Assembly (NCBI GenBank): GCA_964016885.1
Contig: OZ024752.1
Coordinates: forward strand, 20,708,001 to 20,772,000
Source: Eledone cirrhosa
Taxonomy: Eukaryota
Direction: 5' to 3'
DNA length: 64,000 bases
The position numbers and the translations under genes were made by a program. Shown in pieces: positions 27,019 through 39,689 of this stretch. The notes under the pieces are model-generated. The model was not told where the DNA came from. It made no database searches and saw nothing but the letters and a program-made list of their open reading frames with translations. How positions within the stretch are numbered: position 1 is the first letter of the stretch; each line of letters opens with the position of its first letter.

Positions 27019-27828
27019 TAGATAGGCATGGCTGTGTGGTTAAGGAGTTTGTTTTGCTACCATGTGTGGTTTTAGGCACAGTCCTTCAGCGTAACACTTT
27101 GGATATGTGTATTCTCTCTTTGACCAATGCTTTGTGAGTGTAATTTGGTAGGTAGAAGCTGTTGAAATATGATAGGTGTGTCTACACATTTACTGACCCC
27201 TATTTGTAGAACTGAACAGTTCTACAAATAGGGGTCAATGTGATTGACTAAATTCCTTCAAATTTGATTACAGTCTAATGACTAAAACCAGTAAAATATA
27301 TTAGCTGTATATTGAGAAATCTGTGCCAACTTGACCAGATGATGTTGCAATGGTCTATTTTCTGATATTACAATTGACTATTTGTTAGATATGAAATTGA
27401 TTTCACTTAATGAAGAATTTTGAGGGATTTAAGGTAGATTTATATTTAAATAGGAACCTTTCAAAATGGATAGTTTCATAAAACCAGAATCGTTTTTGAC
27501 TGGGTTGGAATCAAAAAGGCTAATCTTCATTTCAAAATCCCTAATGATCCATTTTAGATATGTATATGTCTACTAGAAAATATATAAAATTGAATATATC
27601 TGTTTGGGATAATAGCTTGAATCTTAAACCCCTGGGCAATAAATGACCAAATTTAGTACTGTTGCTATACATGACCTAGGCGAAATACACATCAAATTGT
27701 CCTAAAATGTTGAGATTTACATCCTCAGTAATTCCGTTACAATTTTCACAATGGAAATATTTGTTTATTACATGCCTACAGCTTTAAAAATATGAGAATA
27801 TCACTTGTTTCTTTTTTATTTATTTCAG

Positions 27829-27908
27829 GTGGTAAACTTGTTTATCTGTATGTAAAGAAACTTGGAACAATACCTAAATGTGGTGACTGCAAGGAGCCCT
27901 TGAGAGGG
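27829..27908 (+). CDS. RPL34: RPL34 exon, GKLVYLYVKKLGTIPKCGDCKEPLRG
   Basis: tttcAG acceptor and GTacgt donor. 80 nt, contains the CxxC. Confidence 0.96.
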
Positions 27909-28615
27909 GTACGTTAAATCAATAAGTTTATGAAAAGTAAAGTAAGATTGTAAAAACTTAGTATAAAAGTATAGAATGTTGAGATTATTATGTAGAAAAT
28001 TGTGGAGTATTTTATGGTTGAATAGAAACAATTTTTGAGAATGATGCTTTTTATTCAATTCCAAAACACCAACTTCAGTATGGAAGCACACAAGTTTGTG
28101 TGACAACTTTTATTAGAAAAGGTGGTTGCCAGCTTTTAACCCATGTACACTATATCACTGCTGGAACACTCCTATAATTTTGCTCGCTCTCCTCTTCCTT
28201 CATAGGGGCTAATATAGTCTAGAGCAAGGGTCTGAAACATTTGGCCTACTGCAGAACAATTTTCATGACTTGATAATTCGTCACTGCAAGATTCCTTTCC
28301 ATTTTTTCACTGAGCTCATCCAATCATTGATACACTAAATAATGTGCATTTGATTGCAATTTATTAAAAATGGAAATGGGAAAATAGAAATTTATCAAAA
28401 ATAAAAACAATTATGGAAAGTTTATTCCAAGTATCTGACATTTTTTTTATTGGTTTTTTTTTTTCAATCAAAATTTTTTAAAAGATTTATTGGAAAGAAT
28501 ATTTGAAAATATATATATATACTTATCTTATCTAGTCATGGGTTTTGCCATATATACTTTATGTAAGTAACATGGGGGTACTTGTAGTTATTTTTGTATT
28601 CTTTGTTTGATTCAG

Positions 28616-28719
28616 ATCACTCCAGCCAGACCCATCAAATGGATGTCTATGTCCAGACGACATAAGAAGGTATCCCGGGCATATGGAGGTTCTAGGTGTC
28701 ACCAGTGTGTTAGAAACAG
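28616..28719 (+). CDS. RPL34: RPL34 exon, ITPARPIKWMSMSRRHKKVSRAYGGSRCHQCVRN(R)
   Basis: ttcAG acceptor and GTatat donor. 104 nt, VSRAYGG signature. Confidence 0.97.
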
Positions 28720-29736
28720 GTATATATGTGTTTGTTAGCTATAAATTTCTCATTGCACCCACTGCGCCCAGCTTCATTTTATTCAATTTAACAATATCAG
28801 TGTAGTTGTTTCCTGAAAGGGTCAGTTGGATGTCAATATTGACAGTAGATTGTATCTAAATAGTTACACGAGTATTGTGTTCAGCTTTATATTTTTATTG
28901 ATTCATGCCTTTTGGTTCTGTGAAAATGCAAATGAAGATTGAGTGTAGAGTTCTGAGATATTTCTTCTTTTGAAATATGTATATCAATGGTGATTTCAGC
29001 ACAGACTTTGCCCAGGTAGTCCAACTCTTAAGTCATGTCATCATCATCATCATCATCATCATCATTTCATTTGACGTCCACTTTTTCCCTGCTTGCAAGG
29101 GTGGGATGTATGGATGTATAATCACACATATTTATATTACTAGTGAACCTGCACTGTCATAATTGACAGTGATTTGCATGTATATTAAGTTATTCATATA
29201 TACAAGGCATATGCAAAGGAATGGGAAACAATCTCTGGAATTCAAAGCTTTGATAATTGATGATTTAACCCTTTAGCATTTAAACTGGCCATGTTCGGCC
29301 AGAATTTTCTCACCTCTTTCAGTTCAAACTGGCTGTAACCAGCCACCCATACTTATGTTAAGATATTGTTCTTAAAATAAATAATGCCAAAATCTCAGAT
29401 TCGATATTGTGTAAGATAAAGCCTTTATCATGAAAATACAATAGTATATATAGAGTAACGTTAAAGTGGAAGAAAAAGCTTTTCTAGGTGGATGGATAGG
29501 ATAACATTAGAATCCTTCTAAATATATATTGTTTGGAAATTAGAGATCAATATTATATCATATGTTGGTATATTACTTGCATTTACTATTATATAAATTT
29601 TTGGTTAGTTCATTGATATAATAAAGCAATTTTATGAAGATATAAATTTATGCATTAATATGAGAAAATAAAGCATGAAATTTACATGAATCCTGTTGGT
29701 AGTTATAGGTTGTAAAAGTTTGGGTGTCATTGAATT

Positions 29737-29810
29737 TGTCAAATATGATGACTTAAGCACTGGGCTATGACTAAATATCTGATTCTAACGTGCTTTACTG
29801 ATCTTTGACA
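29737..29810 (+). ncRNA. SNORD88: Box C/D snoRNA copy 1, SNORD88/snR76-like
   Basis: Box C ATGATGA 29745-29751, guide AGCACTGGGC, D' ATGA, box D CTGA 29798-29801, terminal stem tgtcaaa/tttgaca. Confidence 0.88.
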
Positions 29811-30163
29811 TATAAATGATGGCAATTAAGTTAATATCACAGTGACCAATGTTAAATGTGAAATTATGACTAGTTTTCCACTGTAGCACTTCTGTCAAGT
29901 ATAAGATTATTGAGATAAATGTTTATGGCCAATGAATTCTATGTCAGCCAAATGACATAATCAATATATGGTTTGCCTTTTAGCATTCACATTAATTTGT
30001 CAAATGTCATGTTTATCTATTCACATTATTTTCAGTTAATCCCGCCGAGGTTAACTTTGCCTTTCATCCTTACGGGGTCGATAAAATAAAGTACCAGTAA
30101 TGTACTGGGTAATTGCTGGCCTTGTGCCTAAAGTAGAAACAATTATTTTCAGTTAATCATTTA

Positions 30164-30346
30164 GGCGGTGGATTGGCAGTATCGGTAGAGGGTCGGACGC
30201 CATGCTTTGCAGCAAAGAGTTACGGCGCTTTACGATCTGAGTTCAAATCCCCCGGTTAACTTTGCCTTTCATCCTTACGGGGTCAATAAAATAAAGTACC
30301 AGTAATGTACTGGGTAATTGCTGGCCTTGTGCCTAAAGTAGAAACA
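30164..30346 (+). mobile_element. Full-length tRNA-derived SINE, preceded by a 5'-truncated copy (30042-30141)
   Basis: A box TGGCAGTATCGG at 30174 and B box GAGTTCAAATCC at 30239. Flanked by the 17-bp repeat attattttcagttaatc. Confidence 0.85.
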
Positions 30347-30435
30347 ATTATTTTCAGTTAATCATACTCAAGGGGGTTATCAATGTTATTTGTTTGTAAT
30401 TTTCTATGTACAGACTTGATGTTTTGTCAGATGTT

Positions 30436-30958
30436 TAACCCTTTAGCATTTAAACCAGCCATATCCAGCCAGAATTCTCACATCTTTCTGTTCAAACCAG
30501 CTGTAAATGGCTACTCATACTTATGTTAAGGCATTCTTCTCAAAATAAATAGTATCAAAATCTCAGATTTAATATTATGTGAAATAAAGTGTTTACCGTG
30601 AAAATACAATAGTATATATAGAGTCATCATCGTCATTTTACGTCCGCTTTTCCCTGCTTGCAAGGGTGGGACGGGAACTGATTCTGGCTTGATTTCTACA
30701 GCTGGATGCCCTTCCTAACACCAACCTCATTTACAGTGAGTGCCGGGTGCTATTTTGCAGTGGAATGATATGGACCCCAATCCCTATCATCTCATTTCTA
30801 CAGCTGAGTAAACTGGAGCAATGTGAAATAAAGTGTCTTGCTCAAGGAAACAACACAACACCCGGTCTGAGAATTGAACTCACAACCTTTCGATTGCAAG
30901 CCCAATGCTCTAACCACTAAGCCATGTGCCTCCAGTAATGTAAATGCTAAAGGGTTAA
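30436..30958. mobile_element. piggyBac-type MITE (TTAA-CCCTTTAGCATTTA termini) with a nested minus-strand tRNA-SINE (30624-30933)
   Basis: Terminal inverted repeats bounded by TTAA. The nested SINE closely resembles 59865-60206. Confidence 0.75.
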
Positions 30959-31555
30959 GGGCAATGTACTGGTTAATTCTATTAAGAATTCAACATTTCT
31001 TACAAAACTTGAATTTATCCTCTAAAATCTAAATCATTTTAGTTCAAACAACTGGACCATTAATATTAATAAACTGATTTACTGTAAATAAATTTTGTCT
31101 GAGTTTCTGAAATGGGCAATTATTATTATATCTTTACGGGGTCAATAAAATACAGTACCAGTCACGCTGATCAGAAAAGTGTCAAAATGAATACAGGTCA
31201 TCAAAACACAACCAACAAATTCATTTTAGAATAGATTTTTATTTTAACCACCTTGCCCTGAAACTTTTTTACTTTCTAAAAAGTAATTGTTTTAAGCATC
31301 AGATTTAAAATAAGCAAAAAAAAAAAAAATGCAAATAATTTTTTTTTATTTTTAAATTAAATGTTTGCCAATTTGATCAAAATTCTATAAGAAGTTAAAT
31401 AGAACAGGAGATAAATTGTTGTTTTGGAAGATTCATTATATATAATGAATCTTCCAAAACAACAATAGGATTCACACACGCATGAGCGGAATATCACGTG
31501 TCTCATTATTTGGTTATAAAAGACGGATTATTTTGTGTATTGTACGCTCAGTATT

Positions 31556-31586
31556 TGATTCTAGCGTACTTCTCTGATTTTTGACA
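31556..31586 (+). pseudogene. Decayed 3' half of the same C/D snoRNA
   Basis: tgattctagcgtacttctCTGAtttttgaca aligns to tgattctaatgtgcttcaCTGAtttttgtca. Box C and the guide are absent. Confidence 0.55.
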
Positions 31587-32557
31587 TGGTTCTTTATATT
31601 TTACTACAAACGGGTTCATCATCATTGTCGTCTTTACGTCCGCTTTTCCACATTTGCATGGCTCTGACAGGTCGTTTTCAGCACAGCCAAAGTATTTATA
31701 TTTATCTAAAAATTTTCCATCGTGGTCTTATTTTTATGTTATGTTTCTAACACCAGCTCAATAATGAAAAAAGTTAGTTATATTACTAAATCTTTCCAGA
31801 TTCATAATTATTTCCAAAATCATAGGCAATGTCTTTAGAAATAATGGTAGAAAAAGGGTTAATCCAGGTTTGCACCTGAGTTTAATTTTTTGTTTTACTT
31901 TATTCCTTCATGTCAAGTCACCTGAATCAACCTATATCTTCTGGTGTCTGTTAAGTGAGACTCATTTAGAGGCTACTCAACAACACAGAGGCTGTTAGAG
32001 CACTTGCTGACATATTTGTCAAATTCAATATATTGGAAGAGTGTTGGTGACATGTCAAAAAGCATCCAGTCTAACCTGTTGGATGGTCGTTTTGGTGCCA
32101 TGATAAAAAGTAACATGGTTGGGTTTAGGAAAGGCATCCATCTGTAGAAACCAAACCAAAATACAGATCCATATGAGCATGCTGGTCTACAGGCATGACT
32201 TGTCACAACGTGACAACCCGTCTAACCCATGCAAGCGTGGGAAAATGAGCATTAAATGATGTCCAGAGAACATCAATGTTGGGTGACTTTACATCGGTCA
32301 GTCTAGTAAATAGTCTTCTCAAACAGCAGTAGATAGTTCCTGAATCTTGGATGGACTATGTCTAATTGCAATAGAAAACAATTCACTACGTTTTACAGGA
32401 TTTAAAGAATTTTAGTATTCAGTTTTGCACAGCTCTTACCAAAGTGTCATGAATTATGATCTTAAATGTATGTTCAGTTAAAAAAGATGGTAAAATTAAG
32501 TGTAAAAGTCTGATAGATATATGTTGTAAAAGACAATTTGGAGGTCATTGAAATTAC

Positions 32558-32630
32558 TTGATCAAATATGATGACTTAAGCACTGGGCTATGACTATCTG
32601 ATTCTAATGTGCTTCACTGATTTTTGTCAA
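32558..32630 (+). ncRNA. SNORD88: Box C/D snoRNA copy 2
   Basis: Box C 32568-32574, same guide, box D 32617-32620, terminal stem present. Confidence 0.88.
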
Positions 32631-34156
32631 GTTTATATTTCACTGTAACTAATTTTTGATAATTTGATTGCTTGTGCATGGGCAGGCATAATGGCTTGAA
32701 CAAACCATCTAAAAATATGAATCATCATTATTTAACTTCTGTTAGACAGGTCTACGTAGACCAAGTCAGTATTGAAGCAGGGCTACTGACTCTCAGACAA
32801 GCTGAGGGGTCTGCATCTCACATATGGTCATACATTTTTCCAAGTGCAGAGAAGTTATATCTTTTGACACAAATTGAAGTGTCCTCCCGGCCTCTTGTTT
32901 GGCAAGTTCCTAACACTAACTACTTTACAATGTGTACTACAAATAGTTTGGCAATTTATATTTGCACTTATCTTTCACCCTGTTCCTTCAAATTGACCTA
33001 TATCCAATACAATTGCTCTGTATTTGTCAATACCTGAATAAGATGTCTGTCAACTCATGTATAGGATTTATAATCCATTGGTTAACATACTTCTAATGAG
33101 ATACATTGCTTATGATTTTCAAATTGTTTTGAAAAGATTTAGTAATATAACTAGCTCTCCCATAATTAACCCTTTAGCATTTAAATTACTCTATATTTAC
33201 TATTGTATTTTCACGGTAAACATGTTATCTCGCATAATATCGAATCTGTGAGATTTTTATATTTATTTTGACATAACTATAAGTAGCCTGCTACGGTTGG
33301 TTTGTGCAGAAAGCGATGAGAAAATTCTGGCCAGATACGTCCGGTTTAAAACTTGAAGGTTCTTACATAAAATTATGAAACATTTAAAATAAAAATATAC
33401 AGATTTGTGTCATGGAACGGGGGCAGGTATCAGAAGCATTACAACTGGTTGCCCAGAAGATATATGTATTGCCATGGTGAGAATATAGTTAGGGGCTTCA
33501 TAATACATTCTAAATTATTTTGGTGAAAACTCCTCAAGCTCCATGTGTCAGAACCTCAATATTTTGGGATTGTGTTTCACAGGAGTTATGTATTCATTGT
33601 ACCAGTCATATCACTATTTACTTACACCAACCTTTTGAACTAGTTGTAAATTATTCATGTAAAGATTAAGTGGTTAAAATTCTAGCAGTAAATTTAATTA
33701 GGTGCTCTATGCTCAATAATGGGTCTTCTCAATCGGTATGGGCAGCCAGTTACAGCTGGTTTGAATAGAAGGGTGAGAGAAATTTGGTCGGATACAGCCA
33801 GTTTAAAGGGTTAAAATTTCAGTATAACACTAAGCTTTTTTATACTAAACCACTCTTGCTTCTATAATGCATCCAATACAATAGCCTTGTGTATACCCTA
33901 ATGAGGTTCGTCTCTCAACCCATGTATAGGATTATGTTCATCCATTTGTTATACTTCTAATGAAAAGGTGATTAAACTGTTAGCTTCTTATAAATTTAAT
34001 GAGGTTTTCTTTGCTTAATTGTACCAATATTCTACTATGGCCAATACATTTGTGTCTCTTATAGAAAGGGGTGAGTTATTGTTGTGTCTAAATTAACAAA
34101 GCATAGTTAGGTAGGGGTTGTGTTAGGTTATAATATGCTGCAATTTATGTGTCAGT

Positions 34157-34220
34157 TAAATATGATGACTTTAAGCACTGGGCTATGATTGAATGATTCT
34201 GATGTGCTTCACTGATTTCT
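34157..34220 (+). ncRNA. SNORD88: Box C/D snoRNA copy 3 (variant B)
   Basis: Box C 34162-34168, box D 34212-34215, guide AGCACTGGGC. Confidence 0.85.
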
Positions 34221-35086
34221 TGCATACATTGTATATACTTCCTATGACTCTGATTTTTGACATGGTTCTTTACATTTCACTACAAATGGGTTGTTTTATG
34301 TGGCAGTGGTCTGGCATAGACAGCCATAAGTGTTTGTTCCATCTAAAGTATATATATAGATAAAACTATTGAAGTTATACCCATCTTGTTAATCTGGGTT
34401 TCTTTGCTTCCTTCTTCAGTCAGAGAATCAATTTGTATTGACTGAGGTGTGTTAGTAGAGGAGTTAGACACATTCCACCAGTTGTTGGTCTACTGATTTA
34501 TGTAACAATTGTAGCTATGCCTTCAGTGGATAACCAATTAATAGTAAATTTAATATTCATTCCAACATGGTCACTGCTGAATACTCTTCTAGGATATCCA
34601 TTGTCAGATATTTTCGAATGATTATCTTTGTGCATAAATACACGCACAATCTTCTTGGGGGAGAAAGGATGGTGACATGTAGGCTCAATCCATCCATTGT
34701 CTTGAGATGATGACTATCTTTATGTATAGACACACACACATTCTTCTTGGGAGAGAGATTGGTGAAATTTAGACTTGATCCATTCATTGTTAGATATCTT
34801 CAGATAATGATTATCTTGGTCTATAGGGACTAAGTTTCACAACAATAAGAATTTAATGGTCTAATACGAGAAATATAACTATTTTAATGTACAACTCAAT
34901 ATTTACCATCAATACTCACATTCACTAACCCCTTGTAGCTAGATTTGATTGGGATCACGTGTTCACATGACATTGTTTTATGTCCACTTCCCATACTGGC
35001 TGCATGGGTTGGACTAAGTATTGAAGTAGATACTTTACAATGTGATCAGCCCCTAGATTAATTAGTGTGGGTGTTATTGAATTACT

Positions 35087-35162
35087 CGGTCAACTATGAT
35101 GACTTAAGCACTGGGCTATGATTAAATATCTGATTCTAGTGTGCTTCACTGATATTTGACTG
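35087..35162 (+). ncRNA. SNORD88: Box C/D snoRNA copy 4 (variant A)
   Basis: Box C 35096-35102, box D 35149-35152, stem cggtcaa/ttgactg. Confidence 0.87.
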
Positions 35163-35969
35163 ATTCTATATTTAACTACCTAATTATTACACCAAAGGGG
35201 GGGGGGGTCTCTATATGTCATGGGTTTTTTTTTATATAGGGCAGTACTCAACTAATTAAAGAATATAACATCTAAAAGTCAAAGAATGATTTGAAATCTC
35301 ATGTCAACATTGTTGAGTTGGTTCTAACAAATTACAATACCTGTGTTTCAGTTAATTTTGAAATTAATGCAACAGCAAATTTGTCATGTCGTTTTAACTC
35401 TAGCATTTACATTACTCTATATTATTGTATGTTCACAGTAAAGGGCTTTACCTCATATAACTATCCCGCATAATATTGGATCTATGAGATTTTGATGTTT
35501 TTTTATTTTGAGAACAATACTTTAATGTCGGTATGGGCGGCCAGTTACAGCTGGTTTGAATAGAAGGGTGAGAGAATTCTGGTCGGATACAGCCAGTTTA
35601 AATGCTAAAGGGTTAAAATTTCAGTATAACACTAAGCTTTTTTATACTAAACCTTGTACTAAACTCTTGCTTCTATAATGCATCCAATACAATAGCCCTG
35701 TGTTAATACCCTAATGAGGTTCGTCTCTCAACCCATGTATAGGATTATGTTCATCCATTTGTTATACTTCTAATGAAAAGGTGATTAAACTGTTAGCTTC
35801 TTATAAATTTAATGAGGTTTTCTTTGCTTAATTGTACCAATATTCTACTATGGCCAATACATTTGTGTCTCTTATAGAAAGGGGTGAGTTATTGTTGTGT
35901 CTAAATTAACAAAGCATAGTTAGGTAGGGGTTGTGTTAGGTTATAATATGCTGCAATGTATGTGTCAGT

Positions 35970-36033
35970 TAAATATGATGACTTTAAGCACTGGGCTATG
36001 ATTGAATGATTCTGATGTGCTTCACTGATTTCT
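35970..36033 (+). ncRNA. SNORD88: Box C/D snoRNA copy 5 (variant B)
   Basis: Box C 35975-35981, box D 36025-36028, external stem caatgtatgt/gcatacattg. Confidence 0.85.
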
Positions 36034-36899
36034 TGCATACATTGTATATACTTCCTATGACTCTGATTTTTGACATGGTTCTTTACATTTCACTACAAAT
36101 GGGTTGTTTTATGTGGCAGTGGTCTGGCATAGACAGCCATAAGTGTTTGTTCCATCTAAAGTATATATATAGATAAAACTATTGAAGTTATATCCATCTT
36201 GTTAATCTGGGTTTCTTTGCTTCCTTCTTCAGTCAGAGAATCAATTTGTATTGACTGAGGTCTGTTAGTAGAGGAGTTAGACACATTCCACCAGTTGTTG
36301 GTCTACTGATTTATGTAACAATTGTAGCTATGCCTTCAGTGGATAACCAATTAATAGTAAATTTAATATTCATTCCAACATGGTCACTGCTGAATACTCT
36401 TCTAGGATATCCATTGTCAGATATTTTCGAATGATTATCTTTGTGCATAAATACACGCACAATCTTCTTGGGGGAGAAAGGGTGGTGACATGTAGGCTCA
36501 ATCCATCCATTGTCTTGAGATGATGACTATCTTTATGTATAGACACACACACATTCTTCTTGGGAGAGAGATTGGTGAAATTTAGACTTGATCCATTCAT
36601 TGTTAGATATCTTCAGATAATGATTATCTTGGTCTATAGGGACTAAGTTTCACAACAATAAGAATTTAATGGTCTAATACGAGAAATATAACTATTTTAA
36701 TGTACAACTCAATATTTACCATCAATACTCACATTCACTAACCCCTTGTAGCTAGATTTGATTGGGATCACGTGTTCACATGACATTGTTTTATGTCCAC
36801 TTCCCATACTGGCTGCATGGGTTGGACTAAGTATTGAAGTAGATACTTTACAATGTGATCAGCCCCTAGATTAATTAGTGTGGGTGTTATTGAATTACT

Positions 36900-36975
36900 C
36901 GGTCAACTATGATGACTTAAGCACTGGGCTATGATTAAATATCTGATTCTAGTGTGCTTCACTGATATTTGACTG
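36900..36975 (+). ncRNA. SNORD88: Box C/D snoRNA copy 6 (variant A)
   Basis: Box C 36909-36915, box D 36962-36965. Confidence 0.87.
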
Positions 36976-37781
36976 ATTCTATATTTAACTACCTAATTAT
37001 TACACCAAAGGGGGGGGGGTCTCTATATGTCATGGGTTTTTTTTTATATAGGGCAGTACTCAACTAATTAAAGAATATAACATCTAAAAGTCAAAGAATG
37101 ATTTGAAATCTCATGTCAACATTGTTGAGTTGGTTCTAACAAATTACAATACCTGTGTTTCAGTTAATTTTGAAATTAATGCAACAGCAAATTTGTCATG
37201 TCGTTTTAACTCTAGCATTTACATTACTCTATATTATTGTATGTTCACAGTAAAGGGCTTTACCTCATATAACTATCCCACATAATATTGGATCTATGAG
37301 ATTTTAATGTTTTTTTATTTTGAGAACAATACTTTAATGTCGGTATGGGCGGCCAGTTACAGCTGGTTTGAATAGAAGGGTGAGAGAATTCTGGTCGGAT
37401 ACAGCCAGTTTAAATGCTAAAGGGTTAAAATTTCAGTATAACACTAAGCTTTTTTATACTAAACCTTGTACTAAACTCTTGCTTCTATAATGCATCCAAT
37501 ACAATAGCCCTGTGTTAATACCCTAATGAGGTTCGTCTCTCAACCCATGTATAGGATTATGTTCATCCATTTGTTATACTTCTAATGAAAAGGTGATTAA
37601 ACTGTTAGCTTCTTATAAATTTAATGAGGTTTTCTTTGCTTAATTGTACCAATATTATACTATGGCCAATACATTTGTGTCTCTTATAGAAAGGGGTGAG
37701 TTATTGTTGTGTCTAAATTAACAAAGCATAGTTAGGTAGGGGTTGTGTTAGGTTATAATATGCTGCAATGTATGTGTCAGT

Positions 37782-37845
37782 TAAATATGATGACTTTAAG
37801 CACTGGGCTATGATTGAATGATTCTGATGTGCTTCACTGATTTCT
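37782..37845 (+). ncRNA. SNORD88: Box C/D snoRNA copy 7 (variant B)
   Basis: Box C 37787-37793, box D 37837-37840. Confidence 0.85.
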
Positions 37846-38709
37846 TGCATACATTGTATATACTTCCTATGACTCTGATTTTTGACATGGTTCTTTACAT
37901 TTCACTACAAATGGGTTGTTTTATGTGGCAGTGGTCTGGCATAGACAGCCATAAGTGTTTGTTCCATCTAAAGTATATATATAGATAAAACTATTGAAGT
38001 TATACCCATCTTGTTAATCTGGGTTTCTTCTCTTCCTTCTTCAGTCAGAGAATCAATTTGTATTGACTGAGGTGTGTTAGTAGAGGAGTTAGACACATTC
38101 CACCAGTTGTTGGTCTACTGATTTATGTAACAATTGTAGCTATGCCTTCAGTGGATAACCAATTAATAGTAAATTTAATATTCATTCCAACATGGTCACT
38201 GCTGAATACTCTTCTAGGATATCCATTGTCATATTTTCGAATGATTATCTTTGTGCATAAATACACGCACAATCTTCTTGGGGGAGAAAGGGTGGTGACA
38301 TGTAGGCTCAATCCATCCATTGTCTTGAGATGATGACTATCTTTATGTATAGACACACACACATTCTTCTTGGGAGAGAGATTGGTGAAATTTAGACTTG
38401 ATCCATTCATTGTTAGATATCTTCAGATAATGATTATCTTGGTCTATAGGGACTAAGTTTCACAACAATAAGAATTTAATGGTCTAATACGAGAAATATA
38501 ACTATTTTAATGTACAACTCAATATTTACCATCAATACTCACATTCACTAACCCCTTGTAGCTAGATTTGATTGGGATCACGTGTTCACATGGCATTGTT
38601 TTATGTCCACTTCCCATACTGGCTGCATGGGTTGGACTAAGTATTCATGTAGATACTTTACAATGTGGTCAGCCCCTAGATTAATTAGTGTGGGTGTTAT
38701 TGAATTACT

Positions 38710-38785
38710 CGGTCAACTATGATGACTTAAGCACTGGGCTATGATTAAATATCTGATTCTAGTGTGCTCCACTGATATTTGACTG
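38710..38785 (+). ncRNA. SNORD88: Box C/D snoRNA copy 8 (variant A)
   Basis: Box C 38719-38725, box D 38772-38775; gtgctcca variant upstream of box D. Confidence 0.85.
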
Positions 38786-39586
38786 ATTCTATATTTAACT
38801 ACCTAATTATTACACCAAAGGGGGGTGGGGGGTCTCTATATGTCATGGGTTTTTTTTTATATAGGGCAGTACTCAACTAATTAAAGAATATTACATCTAA
38901 AAGTCAAAGAATGATTTGAAATCTCATGTCAACATTGTTGAGTTGGTTCTAACAAATTACAATACCTGTGTTTCAGTTAATTTTGAAATTAATGCAACAG
39001 CAATTTTGTCATGTCGTTTTAACTCTAGCATTTACATTACTCTATATTATTGTATGTTCACAGTAAAGGGCTTTACCTCACATAACTATCCCACATAATA
39101 TTGGATCTATGAGATTTTGATGTTTTTTTTATTTTGAGAACAATACTTTAATGTCGGTATGGGCGGCCAGTTACAGCTGGTTTGAACAGAAGGGTGAGAG
39201 AATTCTGGTCGGATACAGTCAGTTTAAATGCTAAAGGGTTAAAATTTCAGTATAACACTAAGCTTTTTTATACTAAACCACTCTTGCTTCTATAATGCAT
39301 CCAATACAATAGCCCTGTGTTAATACCCTAATGAGGTTCGTCTCTCAACCCATGTATAGGATTATGTTCATCCATTTGTTATACTTCTAATGAAAAGGTG
39401 ATTAAACTGTTAGCTTCTTATAAATTTTATGAGGTGTTCTTTGCTTAATTGTACCAATATTCTACTATGGCCAATACATTTGTGTCTCTTATAGAAAGGG
39501 GGGAGTTATTGTTGTGTCTAAATTAACAAAGCATAGTTAGGTAGGGGTTGTGTTAGGTTATAATATGCTGCAATGTATGTGTCAGT

Positions 39587-39650
39587 TAAATATGATGACT
39601 TTAAGCACTGGGCTATGATTGAATGATTCTGATGTGCTTCACTGATTTCT
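39587..39650 (+). ncRNA. SNORD88: Box C/D snoRNA copy 9 (variant B)
   Basis: Box C 39592-39598, box D 39642-39645. Confidence 0.85.
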
Positions 39651-39689
39651 TGCATACATTGTATATATTTCCTATGACTCTGATTTTTG

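Noticed and set aside
28880-29006. Two hairpins ending in ACA after the fourth RPL34 coding exon (H/ACA candidate)
   Set aside because: Pairing relies heavily on G-U and there is no H box between the hairpins.
30164-30250. A and B boxes suggesting tRNA genes (also at 59865)
   Set aside because: No complete cloverleaf; both continue into dispersed SINE bodies.
34557-39098. Repeated 60-95-aa ORFs (MNGSSLNF..., MKSHVNIV...)
   Set aside because: By-products of the 1.8-kb duplication, with no recognisable domain or splice support.
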